From assembly GCF_030144855.1 (NCBI RefSeq), contig NC_082720.1, positions 39,742,001-39,806,000 on the forward strand: 64,000 bases of DNA. The letters are read 5' to 3'. Numbering within the stretch: position 1 is the first letter of the stretch; every line of letters starts with the position of its first letter. This DNA comes from Hypanus sabinus (taxonomy: Eukaryota). The notes under the pieces are model-generated. The model had not been told where the DNA came from. It saw only the letters and a list, made by a program, of their open reading frames with translations, and made no database searches. Positions 49,923-62,160 of the stretch are shown piece by piece. Position numbers and translations under genes: made by a program.

Positions 49923-50062
49923 TTGTTGTGCCTTATTGGAGAAGCTTTTGATGAATATAGCAATGACGTTTGTGGTGCTGTAATTAATGTTCGAGCAAAA
50001 GGAGATAAAATAGCAATCTGGACCTGTGACACTGAAAATGAAGCAGCTGTTTTGCATATAGG
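49923..50062 (+). CDS. eif4e1b: eIF4E1B coding exon 6 (140 nt)
   Basis: tag|LLCLIGEAFDEYSNDVCGAVINVRAKGDKIAIWTCDTENEAAVLHI(G)|gtaagc. Confidence 0.96.
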
Positions 50063-50869
50063 GTAAGCTGATGTTTGGCTATTCATTTAAAACCTGAGCA
50101 ATGGAAGATTTGTCAGCTGTTTGCCTTGTCAATGCTCAAATCTGTTTGTTTAGTTTTTCCATGTCAATTTTACCCTGTTATGAGGTATGTTATAATTGGT
50201 ATGCTATCTCTTCTACAGTTAATGGGTTTTTTCTTGAAGATGCAGTAAACAACCCCATTATTTCACTCCCTTGCTTTAAGGTAGTATAACTATTTAAATA
50301 CTTGAATTGGTTTTATTTCGGGTAGCTTTATCTTGAGTCTTACTAGAAAAACATTGTCAAATTGTAGTGCATGATACACAACAAAGGGTTAAAGGTTCTG
50401 ATGAAGGGTCTTGTAAGTTACCTCACCTGTTGAGATTTCTCACCTTTCATATTTATTTCCAGCATCTGCAGCTCTTCTGATTTTCATTCATTGGACTAAA
50501 TGAGCTTTAGTGCAAACCAATTTGAGAACTAAATTTGGAAATCATTTTATAATTTTAATGGTTGCGAAACTTACAAAGCCCCCTTTTTAATCTATTTCCT
50601 GTGTTTTTAATTCTGAAGCTTTAGAAGACCCGAGCAATCTGTTCAAACAAATTTCAAACAGATATTTCCAATTTAAGTTGGTGCTGGTGAAGCACAGTGA
50701 CAACTTTAGGTAGCAAACAAAACTACTTATTAATCACTTATCTTTCTTGAAAATTATCACTGCATTCAATAGCCTGTAACTTCCTTTTCAGAGTTGAGGT
50801 TTTGAACCGCCTATATAACCCTGCATCTTTTGCAGTGTGAACTGAGTTTCAAAGGTGCAGGATGGTTGT

Positions 50870-51403
50870 GGCGTATACCCACTGAATTGAGGTGGCAGGG
50901 CCTGGGTCGGAGAGCGGGGAGTGAGCCAATGCATGGTCATTTCTGGAGCAGACTTGAAAGTGATTCAAGGTGGCAGAGCTGGGGCCTAAATGTATCTAAG
51001 TGGCAGGGCCCGGGTCCAAGAGAAAAGAACGTCCCACTGTTTGGCCAATTTAGTACCATGCCAGATTGAAATGGTCAGGGAGTTGGGGCCAGAGAAGAGG
51101 GATGGGACTATTGTCAGCTTGTTGTTTGTGTGGTTTACTTGTCTCTGTGCTCAGGTAAGGCTTTGGCCTATAACTAATGGTCTGGAATGGGGCTGTAACT
51201 GGCTTCGTTGCTGTGAACTCACTTTCATGAGCTTCAGTTCTGAATGTTTGCTCTTATTGTTTGCACAAATTTTTTTCTGCACATTGGGTATTTAGTCATT
51301 TTTTTAAAAAAATGGGTTCTATTGGGTTCCTTTGTGGCTGCCTGTAAAGAGATGAATCTCAAGGTAGTGTAGTACATTAATAATGTACTTTGAACCTTTC
51401 AAC
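50870..51403 (+). mobile_element. Non-autonomous retroelement with a Rex1-type 3' tail
   Basis: Ends GATGAATCTCAAGGTAG...TACTTTGAACCTTTCAAC, like the tails at about 33370-33428 and 54145-54200. Confidence 0.5.
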
Positions 51404-52377
51404 TTGTATACAATATCTTGTCAATCAGAATTGTATGGTGTCTCTTGCCATCTTTTTCTTTGATCCTTCATCTTTTTCAGATGCCATATTCCATATTTAC
51501 TCAATTTGTTTTCTTTGTTCATTTGATTTTTGGAGGATAAATTATTCCATACTTTAAGGAAATCAAAAATTAGTGCTCCTAGAGATGTTTGTTCACGTGA
51601 ACAACAGCTGATTCTTTTTCACTGAATCATGAAAAATTTAATAGCTCAAGGACGAAGCTTAATATATCCACTAACTAAGATAGTATAAATTTGCTTGTAA
51701 CTTTAATTTTCCTGTATGAGCTGAATTTGTATTCCTCCAACTCAATGTTTTTAATATAGTGTGTATCACAAACAATGCAGAGCTACCTCACTTCTACCAT
51801 TTTGCTGTATGGTTATAAGTATTAATCATGCGGAATCAGCAATTTAAATCTTGCAATTACCTATATATTTAAAATATCAGTAAAAGGCAAACTTTAACAC
51901 TAATGTGTCAAATGCAGAAGAACCTGAAACTACTGCATAAGAATTTTTTAAAAATCAGCATTGACAGCAACACAGGAAAGACAATCGTCTGGAATTTAGA
52001 CCAAATATTTTCACTTTTTAAAGAAAGAAAAAATTAGTTAACATTTTTGTATGCCAATCCATCCCAAGGTGTTGAATGAGCATTTAAGTGAAATTTTAAC
52101 TCCAGGTCACATATGTGAATTAAGGGACTGAAATCTTGGACCAAATATGAGGGTAATAGTTTGGTGTGAAATTCCATTCTTTACCTTGGTGCCAAGATGG
52201 TTGAAAGCATGGCTATTAATAGCAGAACAACATTTTTCAAAATGTGTTATTTAATTGGCTGAATATTTAGATGCATTTTTAATTGGACCATGAATATAAA
52301 TTACAGAACCCTGGGATACTACATTTGTTTAAAACAATATAACATAATTTATTTGTTTTGTTTTTTCTCTTGTGCAG

Positions 52378-52492
52378 AAAAATTTACAAGGAAAGACTTG
52401 GCCTTCCTGTTAAGGTTGTGATTGGTTATCAAGCTCATGCAGATACAGCTACCAAGAGTGGAGTGGGAGTTAAAAACAAATTCATTGTGTGA
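52378..52492 (+). CDS. eif4e1b: eIF4E1B coding exon 7 (115 coding nt, includes stop)
   Basis: cag|KIYKERLGLPVKVVIGYQAHADTATKSGVGVKNKFIV*; spliced CDS totals 636 nt = 211 aa. Confidence 0.96.
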
Positions 52493-52890
52493 AGATCGTT
52501 CATTGTAAAACTACGAGTTTTATATAAATTTTGGGAGTACTTAATCAGTATTTAGATCTAGACTAAATTAAACTATTAAAACCATAGCTGTTGCTGACTG
52601 GATTTAACTTGGCAATCGGTTGATACTCAACTGTATGGCTTTTACTTGTCACTTTGGACAACACATGAATGCTACAAGTTATTTTTGTTTAAATTATGGG
52701 ATTTAGAGTTTCCTTTCTTTCAAATATAGTTAATGTTAAAGCAACAAAGACTGCAAATAGTCCTGGAGTCCTGGGTATGTAATTGTATTTTACTTGCAGT
52801 TTCTACTATTCCTCTAATACTGAGGGTAATGGAAAATGATTCTTTACATTATAAAATGCCAATTACTTTTGCACATTTCCTATAATTAAG

Positions 52891-52974
52891 AATAAATATA
52901 AGGGTTTGAATCACTTTCAATATAGTATCTAAATTCAGCATGCTTTTCAAAGATGTAAACTTATTTGAAATAAA
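52891..52974 (+). terminator. eif4e1b: Candidate polyadenylation signals of eif4e1b
   Basis: AATAAA at 52891-52896 and 52969-52974, the second followed by a U/GU-rich tract. Confidence 0.6.
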
Positions 52975-55264
52975 GCATTTATTTCAGATTTTGCTTCCTT
53001 GTGTTAATTTTAAACCAGCTTTAAGGATATGAATGTATTTGAAAGGATGCAGGGGAGATTCACCTATAAGCCACATGGTATGGAGTCCATCTTCTATGAA
53101 GAGAAATTGCATAGATTACTGGATTTGATTTGGGGGAAGTGGGATATAAGTGGAAAAGCTAGAGGCTTGTACGAAATGTGAGGAAGAACCTTCACTCTGA
53201 TTGTAGTTGGAATCTTGAATACTCTGCCAAAGTGGATGATGATGGGTACTATCTCAATATTTTAAGAATTTGAATCACTAAGGTATGGAAAACTATGGAC
53301 CAACTGCTGATATACGGAATAAGTTTGGATTGATATGTGATGGGCATGTACATGTCTTTCTATGCTGAATAATCTGAGCTCCCAATGTATTATTTTTTTG
53401 TATACATATTTTTTATTCTGGTTCTTGATTTAACCAAATGCTTTGCTAGTGTTTGGAAGGATTGTTTTGTGCTTTAATGTGAAAACAAAAGGTAATTGGA
53501 TTCAAAGTTTTGTGCAAAGCAACTATGTAAAATGATTTATATATTTCTTAAAACCAAAACAGTGTTGTGGACTCTAGATTTCTAATATTAACATGTGCCA
53601 TTGCAGTTGAATTTATAATATCACTTGTCTGTGAAGCCCAAGAGTAATGATGCATGATCTCTTTTGAAGTCTAGAAACAAACTGATATAGATTTGATTGT
53701 ATCTAGCCTTGATCTGATCTCCAAAGTGATTTGAAAAGTGCAATTGGGATTCATCAATTAAGCTATATGGTCTCATCTAATAAGATATTGCACCATATCT
53801 CTACTAACTTTTACCAGCCTTGGCCTATCTTTTTGCCTTTTTTTCTGGTTTTAAGATGTTATTACCACTTTATTATCTGGTGGTGGTGGGGGGGGGGGGA
53901 AGTCTCGTCCTCTCAGTCATTTCACACCACGGAAACTGGCATAAGCACCGGCCTGATGAGTCTATAAGGCTTGGGACAGACTTTGAAACTTTTAACTTCA
54001 CCCCTCCACCAATGGGAATAGTGTCTTAACTATAGCTTTCAAGATTTCTTTACAACTCGTTCTCAGTTTATTTTGCACATTGGCTGTTTCCTCTGCGTAT
54101 AGTTTGTAAATTTTAGTGTACTTTTTCCTATAAATGCCTGGAAGATGAATCTCATGTAGTAAATGATAACATACATACTTTGATAATAAATTTACTTTGC
54201 AAATACACTAGTGAATGTGTCAAATTTAAGGAATACCAGGTATTGCTTTCTGGAATCCTTGCTGCCTCCTTTCCAATAACTTAAACTCTCTTCTAAAAAT
54301 GTGTTGCCCAGAATGGGGGAAGAAAAACTGTGAATCAACTTTGGCTTCCTTGCAATGTGAACCACTTTTTATTGCAACCTCTGCTGCTTGGCTGGATTTG
54401 GATTGATCAAGATCCTGTATGTCGTCTTAAACTACTTTCGCAACTTGCCCTGATACTTTCAATGAAAATAAAATTCCATTAAATCAAAAGATCTCTTTTG
54501 TAGTATCCTTTTTCTGTTTCTTCCTACCCAAAGTAACACATTTGCAAATCCCATTTTCAACCTCTCTGCTTAATTTATCAAACTTTCTATATCTCCTTTG
54601 AAATATTACTCTCCTTAGCATGTAGTCTACACCTCTAAGTGTGGACATCTGAAAAATTATCATGTACATCGCGTCCAAATCTTTAACATGCAGTAAAGTG
54701 TTGAACCCTAGTACTGATCCTAGGAGAACGCCTCCGTAAATTTCCCTCCCGTAATGGGGGGTGGGGGGCGGGAGAAAGGGAAGAACAAACTTTTGCCACT
54801 CCCTTCTCAATCAGTACTCTATCCCGCTGCTACGGCCAATTGCCAAGACTACAAGGGTGTTGCCTTTTGTGGTGAAATCTGATGTGAGTATTTATTCCGT
54901 ACCTCACCTAGGGGCCTCTGTCTCTGGCGAGAGTTTCGTTTGGGTCTCTGATCAGCTCTTCCTCTCATGCGAACATCGTATTTTTGGATTCTCTTTGCTG
55001 GTTGTTGATCTTTTCTCATCCTCCCTTGTATCCTATTTACTCCCTTTACTGAGCTTTCTGTAATCAGCTTGATTCTTGGGTTAGCATCCTTATGGCAGTA
55101 ATATGCTTTTTCCCTTTTCTGCTTTCTCTTGAAAGTCGTGCTTGTTGACATTGCTACCTCTTATTCCATAAAAGTTAACCATGCAGAAGCCCCTTGTAAC
55201 TGCATATCAGTTTGTTTAACTTCAGAGGGAGGTAGTAATCAGGCGTTCTTCGTATATTGCATGT

Positions 55265-55900
55265 TTGTGGGACCAATGAGGCTGATTGGGATTTTTCTTG
55301 CGTCACGAGAGTGGCAGCTCCAAGGAATGAACCATTGGCTACGGTGATGTGCAGGCGGATCCCGGACTGGTTCATTGGGACGAGAAACTTGCCCCACTCG
55401 CCTGCTGGACGGAGTTGTGCATGCGCTTGGTGCGAAGGACACTTGCGCAGTGTCGATTAAGGTGCATGGGAACGGGTGATGGATGGCCGGGCGGCCGTTA
55501 ACGGGATGGAGCTGTGAGCTGGATCAGACTCGTCCCGTTGATCGGCTGTTGAGCGCACGCAGCCCGATGTTTGATCATACGGTATCTTGATGAGGTGGCT
55601 GGGCGGGCCTTGGCGCCTGGCTTCTCTTGTTGGGTGTTGATCCTGAATGAAGGCGTCCGTCGGCTCTGGCGTTCCCTGTTCCACCGTCCGCCTCCTCCCG
55701 TCTTCCCGCTCACCATGTCCGGGAAACACTTCAAGGGACCCGAAGTTAGTTGCTGCGTCAAATATGTGCTGTTCGGCTTCAACATCGTGTTCTGGGTGAG
55801 TGGGGACGCCGGCGTCGGGTGTTAATGCAAAGTCTTTTGTCCGAGTCGTGCTCGCGGAGTCTCTTCTGATCCGCAGCATTGGCAATAGCGTCCAGAACAA
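55265..55900 (+). promoter_or_regulatory. tspan17: CpG-island promoter / 5' UTR of tspan17
   Basis: High CpG density; several CCAAT/ATTGG boxes (about 55273, 55285, 55334, 55375); GCGTCACG CRE/E-box-like site (about 55300); NRF1-like TGCATGCGC (about 55418). Confidence 0.75.
55715..55795 (+). CDS. tspan17: Tetraspanin-17 (TspanC8 subfamily) coding exon 1 (81 nt)
   Basis: caccATG; MSGKHFKGPEVSCCVKYVLFGFNIVFW|gtgagt; TSPAN5/17 family, assigned to 17 by FGFNIVFW and synteny. Confidence 0.9.
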
Positions 55901-56774
55901 AAAAAAACTTCTTCAACAAGCCACTGTACTTGCAACCCGTTTATACAAAACTCCCTGTGGCCGGAGAAACAATGTGGAATACAGTATTTTATAATTGGAA
56001 CCTGTAAGGGTAAGGTTAGGTGGTGGGCGTCTAGGAAACTCCCTCTGGCTGAAGTGTGAAGTGTGACAAAAGCTGAAAAAGAACCTGATCAGGGTCATTG
56101 AAAAAGAAGCAACATTGTTGCAATTGTATCTTAGTTTTGAGTTTCTGTTTTCCCCTTTGTGCATGTTATTCAAGAGCTGCTTTTGTTTGATTTTAATACG
56201 GAAAGGCAGGTGGTTGGAAAGGGTGTCATTGCTAATTTTGTAACTTTGTGCACATAACATTCGAAAATATTTTTATTTAAAAACTTTGAATTATCGATTA
56301 AAATTCTTGATGCACCAACGCCGCACGATTTCTTGCCTTAAATAAGGTTTGAAAAACCATGTTGGTAGTGTGAAAGGTAGTTGAGAAGGCATGCAGCGTA
56401 TTTTATTGGCTGAATAAATACAGGATTAAGCTGGAATTGTGTTATATAATAGACCACAGCTGGAGTACTGTACAGAGTTGGTCAGAGTATAGAAAATGGA
56501 GTCATTAACCTAGAGTAATGATCACTATTTTTCAAGTAGGGGTAACTTTACAAAAATGTTTGGAGGGCAGTGTTAACTGATGAACATTGCTCACTGCCCT
56601 GTAATGATGTAATTTTAACTAATACCAAGTCTGTTTGTGTAATTGATGTTAATTAAATATATGGAATTTAAAAGGCACCAATGGACAATTTTAAACAATA
56701 TCACTTACTGTATAAAGGTATGGTTATTTGCATACATTGGCAGAATACAAATAAATTAGTGCACAAGATTAAAG

Positions 56775-57090
56775 ATGAACAGATTAAAGATTAGCCTTAT
56801 TTGTCATATGTTCATCAAAGCACACGGAAATGTGTTAATTGCATTAAATCATTCAAGATTGTACTGGGCATCCCTCAAGTGTTACCATGCTTCCAACTCG
56901 AATGCCGCATGCCCACAGCTCACTGACCCTAACTATAAGTCCTTGGAATGTGGGAAGAAAGCGGAGCACCCAGAGGAAACTCGTGCGGTTACAGGGAGAA
57001 CTGACAAACTCCTTACAGATAGCGGCAGGAATCTAACTGATTTTACAGCAGGCATTGTATAGTGTTGCATTAATCTCTTGTACTGCCCCA
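56775..57090 (-). mobile_element. V-SINE fragment
   Basis: GGAATGTGGGAAGAAAGCGGAGCACCCAGAGGAAAC is the reverse complement of the V-domain core. Confidence 0.7.
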
Positions 57091-59169
57091 TGCAAGTTGG
57101 CTTTACACACTATTTATGCTACTCCTTAAACTTTCTCAACCCTATGATCTCTGTGGCTGAATCCCCTCCTCACCCTTATATTCTGCATCCCCACAGACAT
57201 CATCGCTTCAGCTCCTGCACTTTTTCTTCTTCAGCACATGCAGCCTCTCTCTGGGGCATTTTTTCTCACTCCTACCATGCTTCATCTTCATTGCTCTGTC
57301 CTGCTCCTTTCTTGTGTTTTATCTTTTTGAGCTTTTTGGGTTGAAGGGAATTGCCATGGAATATGCTACTGAAATTATTTCTCCAAGGAAACATTGAAAA
57401 GGCAAGGCTTATTACTTAAGGAAAAGAGGAGGCTAAGGTCAGGGTCACTGTATAAAACCACAGGCTTATTTTGGGTTGATGCACATTCTTCCCTTATAGA
57501 ATCTGGTGTCACATTTGGAGATGTTAACGAAGAGTTTTCCATTTGGAATGCATGTGTCTCTAGCTAAGTAATACAGATGGAGATGCTCAATATATTTAAA
57601 GTATAATTGTAAGTAGATTTTTAAACTTGAAGCCAAAAAATAAAGAGCTGGAAAGCAGCTTTGGCAGGTTAGGAGCTGCATCAAGCTCTAAAATGAATGT
57701 CTGTAAATGTCCATAATCTTACAGGCTAGTTTCATGCAGATGTTTTTAATTACTGTAATTTAATAGTGGCTATCCTATCAAGTGATGTGGTGGGTGGATC
57801 AACCTTCAAGCTTCTCTTTCCCACATCTTGTAATAATATTTCATATTTAACATGAGATCATGAGAGTTCAAAGCAGTGTTGTGATATACAGTTGCACAAG
57901 TGTGTGTTGGAGTGGATGGCTTGAATGTTGGTCAAATAGGAAGGTTTTAAAGAAGGAAAGGAAATGAGTCATCAGCATGGCAACTTGGGTTTGAGATGCG
58001 AAATGCTCAGTAAAAGGTGAAGCGTTTGTGATGTTTCAAACTGGAGGAGCATATCTGCTTGTGGATTTTAGAATAGGATGAAGATACAGATGCAAGCATT
58101 TTTATATATAAATATATATAATATATTTTAAAATTGAAACAAAGGGTAACGAATTAGGTTAGTCATAGTAGAACTGATGGATTTGAGTTATGGTGGATTG
58201 AGTTGGATAGTTTTCAGCGAGATCAAGTCTACATGGAATAAATAATACATGTGGGTCAGAGACAGGGTCATTTCAGAGCCTGTTTTCCTTGTTTCCTGAT
58301 GTGTACTTTCATTGGAAATTCAACCTGTACAGACTGAAACATATTCCTGCGTGTTTTTAAGTTCTTTTTGGTTTGACCAGCACCATCTGTGTTGGGACGT
58401 GGCCCTATAAAGGTGCCAAAATTTTTAATTCCAGAAATTCAGTATTTTGTCTTCCCTATGTTTGCATCTGTAGTCTGTTAATGAATGGCTTAATGCATTT
58501 AACCATATTAAGTGGACCACTTCTGGCAAAAAAAAATTTGTAGTAAAGAATAATCTGTTCAGATATATTAATTCGAGAATTCCAGATAAGGATCTTTTAA
58601 CATATAAATACACAGTTTAGTTATAGTCTTAAATTGCTATTAACAAAGAGTTAAGTTTTTGGAGATGTAATGCTTTCTAAAAGTATTTCCAACTTTAAAG
58701 ACATTACTACAAACACATCAGAGAAACATTTTTTTCACAGAGATCATTAGTATTTGTGCTGATGATTAATATTGCTCATGGTAAGAAAGGAGGGACACGT
58801 GTAGAACTCTGAGCTTATGATTGAAATAAGAAACAACAGGAATGGTATTTGTCCTTTGCAGATTAATTGCCAATGTTTTGTTTACTTTTTGGAGGAAAAT
58901 TATTTGGTGTATAATTTTGTTAAATAATTTATTTCAGTTTTTTTTCTAAAATTACTTGAGACAAGAGCAAGCAGGCAACGGATGTTGTTTATCTTCACAT
59001 TGAGCATCCTGCTTCAGTGAAGGTCACAGTTTTAAGCTTTAAAAGTATAAGTTCAACTATCTCTAAGTATGTCTAGATTCTTATGAGTTCTTTGCCTTAA
59101 CTGAATGTAGTTTATTGAGTTAAAGTGACACCTTCCAGTTTTCTTGAGGATGTAAAATCTCGATGTTTA

Positions 59170-59400
59170 TGGAGACACAAGACGCTGTCAATGCTGGGAT
59201 CTGGACCAATAAATAATCTGCTGAAGGAACTCAAGTGAATTGAACAATATCAGTGGTGGTAAAGGAACTGTTAAATGTTTAGGTGGGGGTCTGTACTGAT
59301 TCAACTCAAAATGTTGACGGTTTCTTACACTCTTCCCCCACCACCCTCACAGATGCTGCTTGATCCACAGAGTTCATCCAGCAGATTGCTGCTGTTGTTT
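59170..59400. mobile_element. Penelope-like palindromic terminal remnant
   Basis: Inverted arms AATCTGCTGAAGGAACTC / GAGTTCATCCAGCAGATT, similar to the other Penelope ends. Confidence 0.5.
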
Positions 59401-60479
59401 GATCTCCATTATCCCATTTGGAAAACCAAGGGTTTCATGATTCTTTGACCTGCTCCCTCTTGGGCTTCACAGTAACTTGGGTGTCAGTAGTAATATTCAG
59501 TTTCCATATTCCTCTGATCAGTTGCAATGTTTATTTCAAAATATACTTTATTCAGACAAAAATTCAAATGTATCCGACAGTGATCAGTTCAATACTTATT
59601 ATTAGTGATCATGTTATTAGTTATCATTAACAATCCTAAAGCAAATGGTTCATGAGTTTTGTAACACAGATTTCAACTAATTTGTATGTAATTGCAGAAT
59701 TAGACACAAATTACAGGATTACACAAAAACTATGGCCCTTCCGTTTAGAGCCCTTGCAATGCCAGCAGCCACCTGAACGTGCCCAGTATCTTTGGACCTT
59801 TGAACGTGTAAATTTGCACCACTCAGTCATAGAGAATACCTTTTTCTAGAACATCAGCAAGATTTGGGCATACCTGGGGATGTCTTAAAACTGTTTTATT
59901 GTTTCCCAAAGACAGTTGACACTTGTTTCAGCATCTGCCCCTGGAAGCAGCCCATTCAGCAAATTTCTTATGTAGGGTCCGGGTCTGAAACATTGACAAT
60001 CCCTGTTCCTGTACTGCTGAGTTACTCCAGCAATTTTATTTGCTCTAAATTTCAGCATTGGTATTCTCTTGTCTCTGCACAAAAGTGTACTGTGTCGTGC
60101 AGCTTTTCATGATAAATCTTAATAAATACATATTGTACTTCTTCCCAGACTTTCCTGGCAAAGATGAGGTATCTAAGGAGATTGGCAGTGATCTATCTCC
60201 AGTGCAGCCATGACAGGTGAAGGGAGATGTGTGGCCAATAAATCAACCTTGGAGGAAAGGTTGAATTGGAAAGCATTTCTCACTGACAGCCAAAACCTTG
60301 GTGCTTTGACAGTGTTGGTTCTGAGGCATTCTGTTCAATCACTTTGCTCGTGAAGCTTTCCCAATGGATCCACTGTATTTTCTTGCAAGGCTATGATGAT
60401 AATTGGTGCAGATTACTAACTGTTTTGTGATCGCAGGTGTTCTGCAAGAACAAGTGACTTTAAATAATCGAACTAAAAT

Positions 60480-61490
60480 TAACTTTCTGAGGCAAAATCT
60501 CCACACCCATCCTTTACGTCAGTTTGGGGCCCTCCTGGGGCACACACGTCTTTAGATTTGCATTAAAACGCCATGGACTATTTAAGGTTGTAAATGAATG
60601 ACAATTGATAATGTGCTTATAAGTAGTAAGGATAAAATGTGAAAATGTTTATATTCTGGGCATGGAATGCGAGGATGAGGGGAACCCTGTCCTTGGGCCA
60701 GCTGGGAGGAGGGCAGTTGAAAGGGGAACAATAGGAAATATAAGGATACAGTTGAAAACCATATCTGTTATGTGGAGGAGTAAACAAGGTTATGGAGAAA
60801 GGAAGACATCTCGAAGGCATTGGTATCGAAAGTCGAGAAAGCAGCTATAATGGAGGCAAAGAAACTGGGAGAATGGAATTATATCTTTACAGGATACATG
60901 ACAAAGTGGTGACATTAAGAAAGCTCTTGGTGTCTTCAGCATAGATATGTTGTCTGAAGGGCCGCCTTCTGTGCTGTATAAATCTGATTCCATCAACCAT
61001 GCAAATATAGAGATGCTGGATAGAACTTGGTAGCATGTGTAATGGAATTTTTGTGTATCAAGCATGCAGGAAGTATCATCAATACAGTCATCAATATATT
61101 GGGGAGAAGTAATTGAGGGAAGTCTCCTGTATAGGACTGAAGCTCGGGCTTGTGTATGTCTCTCCCAGAGAGATGGGTTTAGGCTAGCTCCATAAGAGCC
61201 CCCATAGCCATATATTAATATAAATGAATGGATTTGAAAGAGAGTTCAGTCATTTGTAGAGTGGGACTAATATTCCATAGTGGGACTATGGCTCACAAAG
61301 AGGTAAGAGGGAGTGTCTCAGAACTGTCCTTCTGCCTCTCCAAAGTAGATAGCTCTCAAGTACTGCTTTTCGCCAGTGTTGGGGTTGGCCTTTAGTGAAC
61401 ATAGTACTGCACATTGAATGTTAGTTCCTTTTCCACACCCCTTGTTCGCCCTTACTGACCTAAACCCTTCAGTTACCATTGGTTGATCCT
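60480..61490 (-). mobile_element. Degenerate Penelope-like RT / linker region
   Basis: Remnants resembling GxAMG, YIDDCI and KDRVPLILAFH on the minus strand. Confidence 0.65.
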
Positions 61491-61702
61491 TCAATGTGTA
61501 GAAAACGCAGAATGAAGGTTAGCAAAAGAGCCAAAGTTACCATGAGGAAACCCATTTTGCTACAATGTACACAGACTGATGTTTCAAAAGGTGGGAGATT
61601 GTTACAGATAAGTTACAGAATGGTAAGTTTTAGATTATCTGATGTATGGTAGCTGTGCATATGCATACCTAATGTTTTGTTGTATTCTGTTTTCTTTTGC
61701 AG

Positions 61703-61753
61703 TTGCTGGGAGCTGCATTCCTAGGAATAGGCCTCTGGGCTTGGGCTGAGAAG
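61703..61753 (+). CDS. tspan17: Tetraspanin-17 coding exon 2 (51 nt); gene continues beyond the window
   Basis: ttttgcag|LLGAAFLGIGLWAWAEK|gtattt. Confidence 0.92.
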
Positions 61754-62160
61754 GTATTTTGTATATGCATACACTTGAAGCTGATTATCTTAATTTTTAT
61801 CATCTTAATCTATTCTTGGGAAGAGGTAGTATGGTATGGAATGTTTGAATGTTCATTTAAGAATTTAATCACTCAATTTAAGTTTGGTTTATATTAAGTA
61901 AATATGTTCACTTAAGTATTTCAAGAAGAAACAAAGGTAATGAATTTACGTAACACTGTAAATGTCCTTGGAGCACCTGCTGGTTTCATTTTGTAAGATC
62001 CTTTGAAAGTTCATTAGTCTGTTTTTCTACCTGTAGATGCTGACTTACCTGATGAAGATTTCCATTTTCTTTCTGTTTCAGAATATAGTAATTTTCTATT
62101 TTTCAAAACTTTTGGAATTTATACTTCCAAACAAATGTACGTTATATTTCCATATATTTA

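Noticed and set aside
28764-52492. Calling the gene canonical EIF4E (1A)
   Set aside because: LVTK, ASRLTSG, WEDS and YQAH residues plus the SNCB/TSPAN17 neighbourhood indicate 1B.
55457-55900. 147-aa antisense ORF over tspan17 exon 1
   Set aside because: Typical stop-poor CpG-island frame with no homology cues.
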